Shown one piece after another: positions 38,511 through 49,249 of a DNA stretch of 64,000 nt. The notes under the pieces were generated by a model. The model was not told where the DNA came from. It saw only the letters and a program-made list of their open reading frames with translations, and did no database searches. The number at the start of each line of letters is the position of its first letter. Positions within the stretch are counted from its first letter, which is position 1. The DNA comes from Hypanus sabinus (Eukaryota): NCBI RefSeq assembly GCF_030144855.1, contig NC_082714.1, forward strand, positions 124,310,001 to 124,374,000. The letters are read 5' to 3'. The position numbers were made by a program, and so were the translations under genes.

Positions 38511-41212
38511 AGAAACATAGAAGCATAGAAACATAGAAAATAGGTGCAGGAGTAGGCCATTCGGCCCTTCGAGCCTGCACCGCCATTCAGTATGATCATG
38601 GCTGATCGTCCAACTCAGAACCCTGTACCTGCTTTCTCTCCATACCCCCTGATCCCTTTAGCCACAAGGGCCATATCTAACTTCCTCTTAAATATAGCCA
38701 ATGAACCGGCCTCAACTGTTTCCTGCGGCAGTGAATTCCACAGATTCACCACTCTCTGTGTGAAGAAGTTTTTCCTCATCTCGGTCCTAAAAGGCTTCCC
38801 CTTTATCCTTAAACTGTGACCCCTCGTTCTGGTCTTCCCCAACATTGGAAACAATCTTCCTGCATCTAGCCTGTCCAATCCCTTTAGAATTTTATACGTT
38901 TCAATAAGATCCCCCCTCAATCTTCTAAATTCCAGTGAGTATAAGCCAAGTCGATCCAGTCTTTCTTCATATGAAAGTCCTGCTATCCCGGGAATCAATC
39001 TGGTGAACCTTCTCTGTACTCCCTCTGTGGCAAGAATGTCTTTGCTCGGATTAGGGAACCAAAACTGCACACAATATTCTAGGTGCAGTCTTATCAAGGC
39101 CTTGTACAACTATAGTAGAACCTCCCTGCTCCAGTACTCAAATCCTTTTGCTATGAATGCCAACATATCATTTGCCTTTTTCACTGCCTGCTGTACCTGC
39201 ATGCCCACCTTCAATGACTGGTGTACAATGACACCCAGGTCTCATAGCACCTCCCCTTTTCCTAATCGGCCACCGTTCAGATGATAACCTGTTTTCCTGT
39301 TCTTGCAACCAAAGTGGATAACCTCACATTTATCCACATTAAATTGCATCTGCCATGAATTTGCCCACTCACCTAACCTATCCAAGTCACCCTGCATCCT
39401 CTTAGCATCCTCCTCACAGCTAACACCGCCGCCCAGCTTTGTGTCATCTGCAAACTTGGAGATGCTGCATTTAATTCCCTCGTCTAAATCATTAATATAT
39501 ATTGTAAACAACTGGGGTCCCAGCACTGAGCCTTGCGGTACCCCACTAGTCACTGCCTGCCATTCTGAAAAGGTCCCGTTTACTCCCACTCTTTGCTTCC
39601 TGTCTGCCAACCAGTTCTCTATCCACATCAATACCATACCCCCAATACCGTGTGCTTTAAGTTTGCACACTAATCTCCTGTGTGGGACCCTGTCAAAAGC
39701 CTTTTGAAAATCTAAATATACCACATCCACTAGCTCTCCCCTATCCACTCTACTAGTTACATCTTCAAAAAATTCTATAAGATTCGTCAGACATGATTTT
39801 CCTTTCACAAATCCATGCTGACTTTGTCCGATGATTTCACCTCTTTCCAAATGTGCTGTTATCACATCTTTGATAACCGACTCTAGCATTTTCCCCAGCA
39901 CCGATGTCAAACTAACCAGTCTATAATTCCCCGGTTTCTCTCTCCCTCCTTTTCTAAAAAGTGGGGTTACATTAGCCACCCTCCAATCCTCAGAAACTAA
40001 TCCAGAATCTAAGGAATTTTGAAAAATTATCACTAATGCATCCACTATTTCTTGGGCTACTTCCTTAAGCACTCTGGGATGCAGACCACCTGGCCCTGGG
40101 GATTTATCTGCCTTTAATCCCTTCACTTTACCTAACACCACTTCCCTTCTAACATGTATTTCCCTCAGTTTTTCCATCTCACTAGACCCTTGGTCCCTTA
40201 CTATTTCCGGAAGATTATTTATGTCCTCCTTAGTGAAGACAGAACCAAAGTAGTTATTCAATTGGTCTGCCATGTCTTTGTTCCCTATGATCAATTCACC
40301 CGTTTCTGACTGTAAAGGACCTACATTTGTCTTGACCAATCTTTTTCTTTTCACATATCTATAAAAGCTTTTACAGTCAGTTTTTATATTCCTTGCCAGC
40401 TTTCTCTCATAATCTTTTTTCCCTTTCCTAATTAAGCCCTTTGTCCTCCTCTGCTGGCCTCTGAATTTCACCCAGTCCTCAGGTGTGCCGCTTTTTTTTG
40501 GCTAATTTATATGTTTCTTCTTTGGACTTGATTTCCCTTGTCAGCCACGGGTACCCTACCTTCCCTGGTTTATTCTTTTGCCTAACTGGGATGAACAATT
40601 GTTGTAGTTCATCCATGCAATCTTTAAATGCTTGCCATTGCATATCCACCACCAACCCTTTAAGTATCACCTGTCAGTCTGTCTTAGCTAATTCACGTCT
40701 CATACCTTCAAAGTTACCCTTCTTTAAGTTCAGAACCTTTGTTTCTGAATTAACTATGTCACTCTCCATCTTAATGAAGAATTCCACCATATTATGGTCA
40801 CTCTTACCCAAGGGGCCTCGCACAACAAGATTGCTAACTAACCCTTCCTCATTGCTCAATACCCAATCTAGAATGGCCTGCTCTCTAGTTGGTTCCTCGA
40901 CACGTTGGTTCAGAAAACCATCCCGCATACATTCCAAGAAATCCTCTTCCTCAGCACCCTCACCAATTTGGTTCACCCAATCTATATGTAGATTGAAGTC
41001 ACCCATTATAACTACTGTTCCTTTATTGCACACATTTCTAATTTCCTGTTTAATGCCATCCCCAATCTCACTACTACTGTTAGGTGGGCTGTACACAACT
41101 CCCACCAGCGTTTTCTGCCCCTTAGTGTTATGCAGCTCTATCCATATCGATTCCACATCCTCCAGTCTAATGTGCTTCCTTTCTATTGCGTTAATCTCCT
41201 CTCTAACCAGCA
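38511..41212 (-). mobile_element. Young CR1 LINE, 5'-truncated within the endonuclease
   Basis: 3' tail (TTTCTATG)n at 38511-38540 with the CR1 3' hairpin. Long open ORF2 segments and many CpGs retained. Confidence 0.97.
38615..41212 (-). pseudogene. CR1 ORF2 (APE endonuclease + reverse transcriptase), lightly disrupted
   Basis: ORF 40674-41237 (MGDFN, LDWVL, GKSDH), ORF 39242-40471 (409 aa: YLDFQKAFD, GVPQGSVLGP, KFADDTKL) and ORF 38615-39109 (RTRGHSL, FFTQRVVNLWNSLP). Separated by only a few frameshifts or stops. Confidence 0.93.
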
Positions 41213-44200
41213 AAAATCCTTCGCTTTTGGAATACATCTATCCTGCACATTCCTCATTTTTTTCCAGAAACTCATGTCATTGCTGCTCTGCTGTCATCCC
41301 TGCCACCTTCTCCTTGCAATTTACTTCGGCCAACTCCTCACCTGTACCACTTTTTCCTTTACTGCACTGAAATAATGCTACGTCAGACCTTGCTTTCTCC
41401 CTATCAAGTTTCAAATTGAACTCAATCATATTGTGAACACTGGCTCTTAAGGGTATTTTCACCTTAAGCTCCCTAATTGCCTCCGGTTCATTGCCTAACA
41501 CCCAATCCAGTGTAGCTGGTCTACTAGTAGGCTCAACAACAAACTGTTCTAAAAAGGCCATCTCATAGGCATTCAACAAACTCACTCTCTTGAGATCCAT
41601 TACCAACCTAATTTTCCCAATTGACCTGCATGTTGAAATTCCCATGACTATCCTAACATTGCCCTTTTGACATGCCTTTTCTATTTCCTATTGTAATCTA
41701 TGGTCCACATCCCAGCTGCCATTGGGAGGCCTGTATATACCTGTCATCAGGGGCCATTTACCCTTGCAGCTTCTTAACTCAACCCTCAAGGATTCAACAT
41801 CTTCTGATCCTATGTCACATCTTTCTACAGTTTTGATGCCATTCTTTACCAGCAGAGCCACGCCACCCCTCTGCTGACCTTCCTATCCCTCCGATACAAC
41901 ATATAACCTTAGACATTCAGCTCCCAACTACAACCATCCTTCAGCCCAATTCAGTGATGCCCACAACGTCATACCTGACAAACTGTAATAGTGCAGCAAG
42001 ATCATCCACCTTATTTCTTATACTCTGTGCATTGAGATATAACACTTTGAGTACTGTATTTGTTACCCTTTTTGACTCTGCATTCCTAATGCACTGATAG
42101 ACACCCTGCTGGCTGCAACTTTGTCCTATCATCTGCCTGCCCTTCCTGACAGTCTGACTGCACACTATCTTTGTTCTTTTACTATCCATCCTATCCTGAG
42201 TCCCTTCACTCTGGTTCCCACCACCCTGCCAAATTAGATTAAACCCTCTCCAACAGTTCTAACAAACCTGCTTGCAACACGTCACTTTATCCCAGACCAT
42301 CAGACAAAACCTTGAGCCAACGCTTTCATTTCGATGTCTAGATGACCGACATGTAGCTCCTCCAGTACTTTAACTCTGGATGGTACAACACCTCTCGACT
42401 CCCAGTGGTAAGTTCATCCCAGCACTGGTAAAAATGGGGGATATGGAGTTTCTGCTGCACATTCTAGCCATTTTGAATGACCATGTAGACCTGAGAGAGC
42501 GTGGGGTCTTTTCCATTTTCCCTTTGCATCATCTCTGTTGGTAATTTCCACTTTTGGAAATTTTACAGGTATTTCCTTTATCAAGGGTAAACAGCATTTC
42601 CATGATTAGTTGTCCTCTTGAATTTGATCTTACAATTGTGTTTGTCAAGAAACAGAGCCCATCTCTGCATTTGAGCTGCTGCCATTAGTGAAACAACATT
42701 CTGTGGACTGAAAAAGGACAATAGTGGTTGATGATCAGCATCAAGGGTAAACTTTCTCACATACAAGTACTCATTGAAAAGTTTTATACTGCAAACCAGA
42801 CTCAAGCTTCTTTGTTAATTTGTGCGTAATTTTTCTTTGCTACAGTAAGTGAACATGATGTTAAAGCTATGGGATGTTCACTTCCATCACTCATAACATG
42901 TGGCATGACTGCACCTATTCAATAGCAGACCATTACAGGCAAGTTTCATTGGTTGATGTGAGTTATAATGTGTCAGTATAGTGTCTGATGTCACCATTTC
43001 CCTTACCTTTTGAAAAGCCACTTCACGCTGCTTTGTTCATTGTCATTTCTTACTGATCTGTAGTAATGACTTCAAGGGTGGAGCACAGTAGCCAGGTTTG
43101 GCATGAGCCTGTTACAGTAATTGACAAATCTTAAACTTTGCCACATCCTTAGTTTTGGGCATCTACCATTGCTTGAAATTTCTCGAAACACTTGTGTAAA
43201 TTTTGCACATCAATGGTGTGAACACATTAAGTGATGGATGGTATAAAGAATTCACATTTGCTGCATTGTACTCTGAGACCGTAATCCTCTAATCTTTTTA
43301 ACACTGTCTTGACACTTTGGAGGTGTTCCTCACCAGCAATAATGATGTCATCCAGGTAAAACCGAGTGCCTTGTACTACACGGTTCTGCCAGGGTGCAGG
43401 TCCAGATGGTACTGTAGAAATGATCCTATTATAGCAGTAACACCTTTTGCGAGTATTTATGATGAGAAACATTTTGGACTCTTCATCCATCTCCATCTGT
43501 AGGTAACTCCACTTTACTGAATTGTTGCCCTCCAAAGGCTTGCAAAGGTATCCTGTATCCTGTGCAGAGGGTTTTGCTTTACTTTCATTACTGAGTTGAC
43601 AGTGACCTTAAAAGCACCACAGTTTCTGACAGAATCATTCTCCTTGACAGCTGAGACCACTGGTGTTGCCCATGGCTCCACGTAACCTTGGAAAGGATTC
43701 CTTCAGACACCATGCTATCTAGCTCACTGGCTACTTTATCATGGATGGCTTTAGGAACTGGACAGGCTTAGTAAAGCTTCTGTGTGGCGTTTTCACTTAA
43801 CATTATTTTACCTTTGATAAGTTTTAGTTTTCCAATGCCATCCTTGCTGTGGCATTGTCCAGTACCTTCCTTAATTCACTTTCAGTTGACACTATTGCAG
43901 GGCATGTGGCATGCAAATGGTGGATGGATGTTCAATCAATTTCAAGCAATTTGTAGTTGTCTCAGCCACTCATGTCCCCACAGTCCTGGACCTCTGGTTT
44001 TACCAATGTGGCTTGTTGTATTTCTCTGTTACAAATGTCATTCCCACGGGAGTTATCTTTTCTCCAATATAAGTTCTTAGTTGCATATCTGCGAGCTTCC
44101 ATTCAGTATCTTTGAAATGCCATTCAAATTTATTTTGTGTAATGACTGAAACAGCCAAACCAATGTCCAATTTCATTTTAATGAATTTGCCGTTCACTTC

Positions 44201-44980
44201 TGATGTAAGCCATACTGCTTGTCTTTTGTAAGTTTCACATATCTCAAAGCTAATCAGTCTTGTGTCACTTTCATCGTTATTCCATTTTTCATCAACAGCA
44301 TGCAGATTAGTGCTTTTTTAAAAAATGCAACTTGACTTTTTTTTTATCTTTGTCTCTATCTTGTGCAGCCAATTTATTTTTGTCTGCCCGACATGCTGTT
44401 TGTATGTGTCCTAGTTTGTTTCATTTTTTGCAAGTTTCCCTTTTAAACCTGCTTCAACGGTAATCCAATTTGTTCAGCTAGGCAGGTTTCTGCTCAGGCA
44501 TTGCAATTTAGTTCATGCTCACTTTCATTCCTGACGGCAACTCCGTTGCGTTTCTGCTTGTTTCCATTGATACAGTGATTTCAATAGCTCTTTTAAATTT
44601 GAATTGTGCTTCAGTTAGGATCCATTTTTGAATGCTTTCTTGTAGATTCCACAAACTAAACAATCTCTCAGTACATCATTAAGCCCTTCACTGAACTCAC
44701 AATGCTTGGACAGCTACGTAAACTGAAATAGACTTCTCTTCCTTTTGATTCTGCTTATAAAACCTGAAGCATTCTGCAATCAGCAATAGTTTTGGTTCTC
44801 AATGTTCCTGCATTACGTTTGCAATATTTTCAAAGCTCTTTTCGGCTGATTTGATTGGAGCAATTAAGCTTTTAAGCAAACTGCATGCCTTTCCACCTAT
44901 TACACTCAGTAACACTGGCACTTGATTTTCATTGGCTTTTTCATTTGCTTCAGAATACTGCTCAATTAATTCAGTATATA

Positions 44981-45184
44981 AGCCGACTGGTGGTGTAGTG
45001 TCATCCACACGGGACTTCGAGGTAAGTGGTCCTGGGTTCAAATCCATCTGGCCCCTTGCACCATTTATATCAGTGCTGGGTTGAGCATCAAGCTGGCAAC
45101 TTGACCTGGTTAAAAACAGACAATGCTAAAGAAATGGCAAGGTAACTGGCCGATGAGCACAAAGTGCAAAGAGGGATAACACGT
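44981..45184 (+). mobile_element. tRNA-derived SINE inserted in Gypsy gag
   Basis: A-box-like TGGTGTAGTG (44991-45000) and B box GGTTCAAATCC (45035-45045). 11-bp TSD TTCAGTATATA (44970-80) / TTCAGTGTACA (45185-95). Confidence 0.85.
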
Positions 45185-45242
45185 TTCAGTGTACATCACC
45201 CAGTTACCTGTTGTGCAATCCAACATGTCTATCTCTCTGATA

Positions 45243-45428
45243 NNNNNNNNNNNNNNNNNNNNNNNNNNNNNNNNNNNNNNNNNNNNNNNNNNNNNNNNNN
45301 NNNNNNNNNNNNNNNNNNNNNNNNNNNNNNNNNNNNNNNNNNNNNNNNNNNNNNNNNNNNNNNNNNNNNNNNNNNNNNNNNNNNNNNNNNNNNNNNNNNN
45401 NNNNNNNNNNNNNNNNNNNNNNNNNNNN
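45243..45428. other. Assembly gap (186 N)
   Basis: Run of n bases. Confidence 1.
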
Positions 45429-45620
45429 TTTATGAACCAGTGAATATTGTCCATTTTCCGTCTTATTTTTTAACTTGGCTCTGTACCCTTCTGAAGAATC
45501 ATATGCTGTGCTTTTAAAAAAAACCTCAAATGTCAGTCTCCTCTTTTGAAGAAAATACGTGCTGCACTTCAACAGATGGGAAGTAATCTTGAGTTAAATT
45601 TAAAATTTGCTCATTGACAC

Positions 45621-45837
45621 TGTTATGTTTTGTAACTCCAAAATGTAATCAAATGAAATCATGGGAGCCTGGGAAAACATGTCTACTTCATTTTATTTTA
45701 GTGAGTCACTCCCTTTGACATGGTGGAGTCATGATGTGTGTTATTCATGGACTTCTCTAAACAATTATTAAAACAAGTAAAGAATGCTTAATTCAACAAT
45801 ATTGTTACAATATTATTGAAATATTATATACCCTACA
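45621..45837 (-). repeat. Gypsy 5' LTR
   Basis: TGTTATGTTTTGTAACTCCAAAA...ACCCTACA is homologous to 36185-36419. The adjacent minus-strand TGTCAATGAG may be a decayed TGGCGACGAG-type PBS. Confidence 0.9.
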
Positions 45838-46239
45838 CTCTTCTTCTACGCTGTGGCTAAATGGATGTGGTGGAACTCACACAAGAGAAGAAAAAGTGTG
45901 GAATGAATGATGAACGGAGGGCCCAATGTTGAAGTCAAATATTTTCTCTGTAAGCCAAGATTTTATGTGCCTGTATCGCTTTCTCTTTTTCTGTTTCCTC
46001 TTTCTGTTTCTAACACTGCTCTTTGGGAAATGTAAATGGGAAAAGCAGAGTACTTTTTATAAAATTACCAGAGAAAAAATTTTGAATTCTTAAATGAAAA
46101 CACTTGGAATGCTGACTGTTCATAAGGTTTAACTTGTGTTGAGTGTGAGGTTTTTACTGTCTGGTCAAAAAACTATCAGATAGTTCTTTGAATTTATGCT
46201 GTGCTTTGTTAGAAATATATTGGCAGCACAGTAGTGTAA

Positions 46240-46950
46240 GTTTAGAGTGGGAAAAGGATGGAGAATTAAAGTGACAGCAGTTCAAAGCTTAGCTTTATGT
46301 TTGATTGAATGGGTGTCTCCCAGTGTCCAGGAGAAAACATCATGAGTTGTTAAAAACAAGTTAACAGAAATACTGTCTGTTAATAATGTCTCATCTGCAA
46401 TGGATAATGCAGAAATAATGAGAAATAATGTCTCATCTGCAATGGATAATGCAGAAATAATGAGAAATAATGTCTCATCTGCAATGGATGCATGGGTTTG
46501 GATGATGAGAAGGGAGGTGGCAAAAGGTCATGTAATCCATGGTTATAAGGGAAGGTTTTGCAAAGAGGATCGATGATGCAGACATCGACCCAAATGTTTT
46601 TTCTGAATGTTGACTGGGGAGGAGAGGAGGAGCTAAGTGGTATTATGTTAAATCTGCCAAAGATTCTGGAAGGTTATTCATTGAATATGAACGATAGTGG
46701 AGAGTCGGGACAAAGGGAATTCTCTCCTGATTCTGTTCCAGAAGAGATGGAACTGTGGTCAATAATTGAGGCGAATCTATAGCTGAGGAGAAATGAAGAG
46801 ATATCAGATGTATGGTATTGAATACGTTATCATCTGAAGAGAAACAAGACAGTTGATTCAGTGGAGAAAGGAATAAGCTCCTTATTGAAAGCAGAGTATG
46901 AGGAAATGTGAAAGTGATTAATGAGAATCAGCTGTCTTGAAGTAAGTGCT
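46240..46950 (-). mobile_element. Ancient Neptune-type Penelope fragment
   Basis: GGAGAAAGGAATAAGCTCCTTATTGAAAGCAGAGTATGAGGAAATGTGA parallels 59310-59360 (TSSHP..K.AIPFS on the minus strand). Confidence 0.45.
46382..46489 (+). repeat. Perfect 42-bp tandem repeat, ~2.6 copies
   Basis: AATAATGTCTCATCTGCAATGGATAATGCAGAAATAATGAGA starts at 46382 and 46424, with a partial copy at 46466. Confidence 0.95.
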
Positions 46951-48650
46951 GGTCTCTAATGTAACCCTTTAAATAGCAATGGACAAGTCAACAAGAAAAG
47001 GGTAGAGAAAGAACAGATAAAATTGAGAGGAGAATAGGGATGGGCATAGTAAGTGATGAAATAAGGGCATAATTTGAAATGCTGGTGTTTCACATATTGT
47101 TCATTGCTTCCTAAGGAAGTAGGGTTCTTACTTCCAGGCCAGACAATGTTCTGATGCATCCTTGTCTGACAGCAACTAGCTAATGAAAAACTCTTTGAAC
47201 TGGAGCCTTTTATAACTTGAAACAAAGTTATAACCCACCAAATATTTGGAAAGTATTATAAATCAACAAAATAGATCTACAAACTACTGGCATATACAAT
47301 AAGTTGATACAGTAACTTCCAGTGAGGCAGTGCTTGTGGGTGGTTCTTTGTACATTGCACATTGACAATATCTAGCTTCTCTGCTTTTTCTGATTCTTGG
47401 CTTTGCAAATGGTTTGCCCTTGCCAGTCTGATGTCCTACATGATTAGTTCTACAAACATGTGCATGCACTACAGATATTCTCTTGGCACTCTAAATACAT
47501 TTTGTCCAAAGTGAGTGAGGTAACAGCCCCAATTTATTGCCTCCTTTGTTTAATAACACTTCATTATATTACTTCTACTAGTTCATAAGCCCTGCCCTAC
47601 ACATTTCTGCAAATTTTGTAAATTGCAGCTTTTCCAGTACCAGTATCCCAGGGAATGGACATGCCATTAACACTTATGCAGATTGTGCAGTATGAGAATT
47701 TGGAACATTTTAATGGCTTGAGCAATTCTAGATTCCGCACTAGGAGCACCTGGAATAAATTTTAATGGCTCATTTCCTATAGTGGATTTAAGCTGAAGGA
47801 CATTAACCATTAATATTTATTAAAATGACATTGAAGATAGAGTTGAACATTATCATTTTAAGTTTAGACGCTATAAGAAAACAATAAATCTGCTTATATA
47901 CGCCCAACATACAAAAGAAATATTATGGAGATGGGTGGCACACTGATTATAATGATGTAGTGGTACGAAGTCAAATCCTGCCAATGCATCTGGGAGTTTA
48001 CATTCATTTAATTAAATAAATCTGGAATAAAGTATTATGCCTTGGAATTGGATTGCAGAACTCTGTCTTTATGGTCTAGGCAATATTCATTAGCATGTGC
48101 CAAATATTTGGCATTTAGGGTAACCACTGATTGACATCACCTCTCATGGAATGCTTGTTTGGAGTGCTGACAGCTGAAATTGCACACATTTCAGAATACT
48201 TGTTGGCTTTTCATGGAGAACCATGTTTTTATAGTATTATATTCAATGCAGCCATCTCATCCACTTGACCCTTCTGTAGTCTATTACAGAGTTCTCAGGC
48301 CATTGTTCCAGATGCACAAAACTGCTGTGAGGTGAGATACTCCGCTGGTACTGCCATTTCTGACCTTAGAAATGTAGAATGCTGCACAGAAATGGCCTGG
48401 GACTACAACAGAAGAATGCTACAGTTCTGCAGACCCACCACAAGAGAATGATCAGAAACGCATTAGCTCTGATTCTTTGTGTTGCAATGGACGTCTGAAG
48501 GCTAAGGGCAGTTGTGATGGAGATCTGTAACTAATCCAGATATGCATTATAACCTGGACATTCAGCCTATAAAAGCCAGCATCAAACTGAGCCTCCTTGC
48601 ATTTGGACTATTCCAGGTAATCTTAGCCTTTTTTCCCATTTTGTTGTACA

Positions 48651-49249
48651 CCACAGAGTCCTTAAGGTTGTTATAGTCAGAGGGTGGTAATGGGGGCAAG
48701 CTGCAACTACCTATTAAATGCTCCCAATGGCGTGTGCCTCAAATAGCCTTTGACAACCAAGTCCAGCTCCTGGCCTTCATGCATGGCTTAGCTACTAAGC
48801 CCGGTGGAACTGTTTCTATTGACAGGGGAAGAGGCAAAGGCAGGATACTGGCACGTTAAAACCACTCACTTTGGGCAGATAGGGGCTTGTCAGCCGTGGT
48901 TGCCAGCTCATCCAGGAGAAGGAAAACTCTGATCTCAAACCTCTGCTGACTTGCGGCTATACCCACTCATGGGGAAGGCTTCGGGAGTAAATCCTAAAGG
49001 GAAAATACAGAGTAGGAGTCCCTAAGACAGTCCTACATTGAGTTCAATACTGACTGGCAACTCCTGTGACGCTCTTGGTACCAAACTGTATCTGTCTCTG
49101 CCGTTCCTTTGGGTTCATCAGATGCGTGCAGAGGGGGAGCTTGCTACATGGGCAACAGCTTGCTCTCCATATTGGACTGTTCTGATTTGTGTATCTAGAC
49201 AGTTAGGATGCAATATCCATGGTCAGCTCTGACCAATGGAGGCCCTCAC
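48651..49249 (+). mobile_element. Non-autonomous RTE-derived element (5' UTR fused to 3' end)
   Basis: RTE 5'-UTR-like motif CAGCTCATCCAGGAGAAGGAAAACTCTGATCTCAAACCT, 3' end ATATCCATGGTCAGCTCTGACCAATGGAGGCC, and no RT. Candidate TSD TTGTACA at 48644-50 and 49250-56. Confidence 0.65.

Larger units (their letters stand above)
36974..42280 (-). mobile_element. Older CR1 (5' half: ORF1 end, endonuclease, linker) in three pieces: 36974-37012, 38366-38510, 41213-42280
   Basis: VLKVLYLNAQSIRNKVDDL..YDVVGITE (41941-42189) and FLEQFVVEPTSRPATLDWVL (41277-41645). The pieces join colinearly with the CR1 copy at 24030-25050. Confidence 0.85.
36185..45837 (-). mobile_element. Gypsy/Ty3 (Mag-clade) provirus, LTR to LTR, decayed and heavily nested
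   Basis: Two TG...CA LTRs, with TSD CTCTT at 36180-36184 and 45838-45842. gag WVMYTE|LIEQYSEAN..VPVLLSVIGGK; Zn knuckle CKK*NKLGHIQTAC; protease LDIGLAVSVI; RT YLDDIII; RNase H DHQPL. Integrase N-terminus at ~42290-42400 and C-terminus at 36627-36973. Confidence 0.95.

Noticed and set aside
40483-41370. 295-aa plus-strand ORF (and the 134-aa ORF at 39303-39707)
   Set aside because: These are antisense shadows of the CR1 ORF2 on the minus strand, with no independent protein features.
44985-45055. tRNA gene
   Set aside because: It has A/B boxes but continues into a SINE body flanked by a TSD, and forms no convincing cloverleaf.
45110-45572. Four ORFs containing X runs
   Set aside because: They are artefacts of the 186-N assembly gap.
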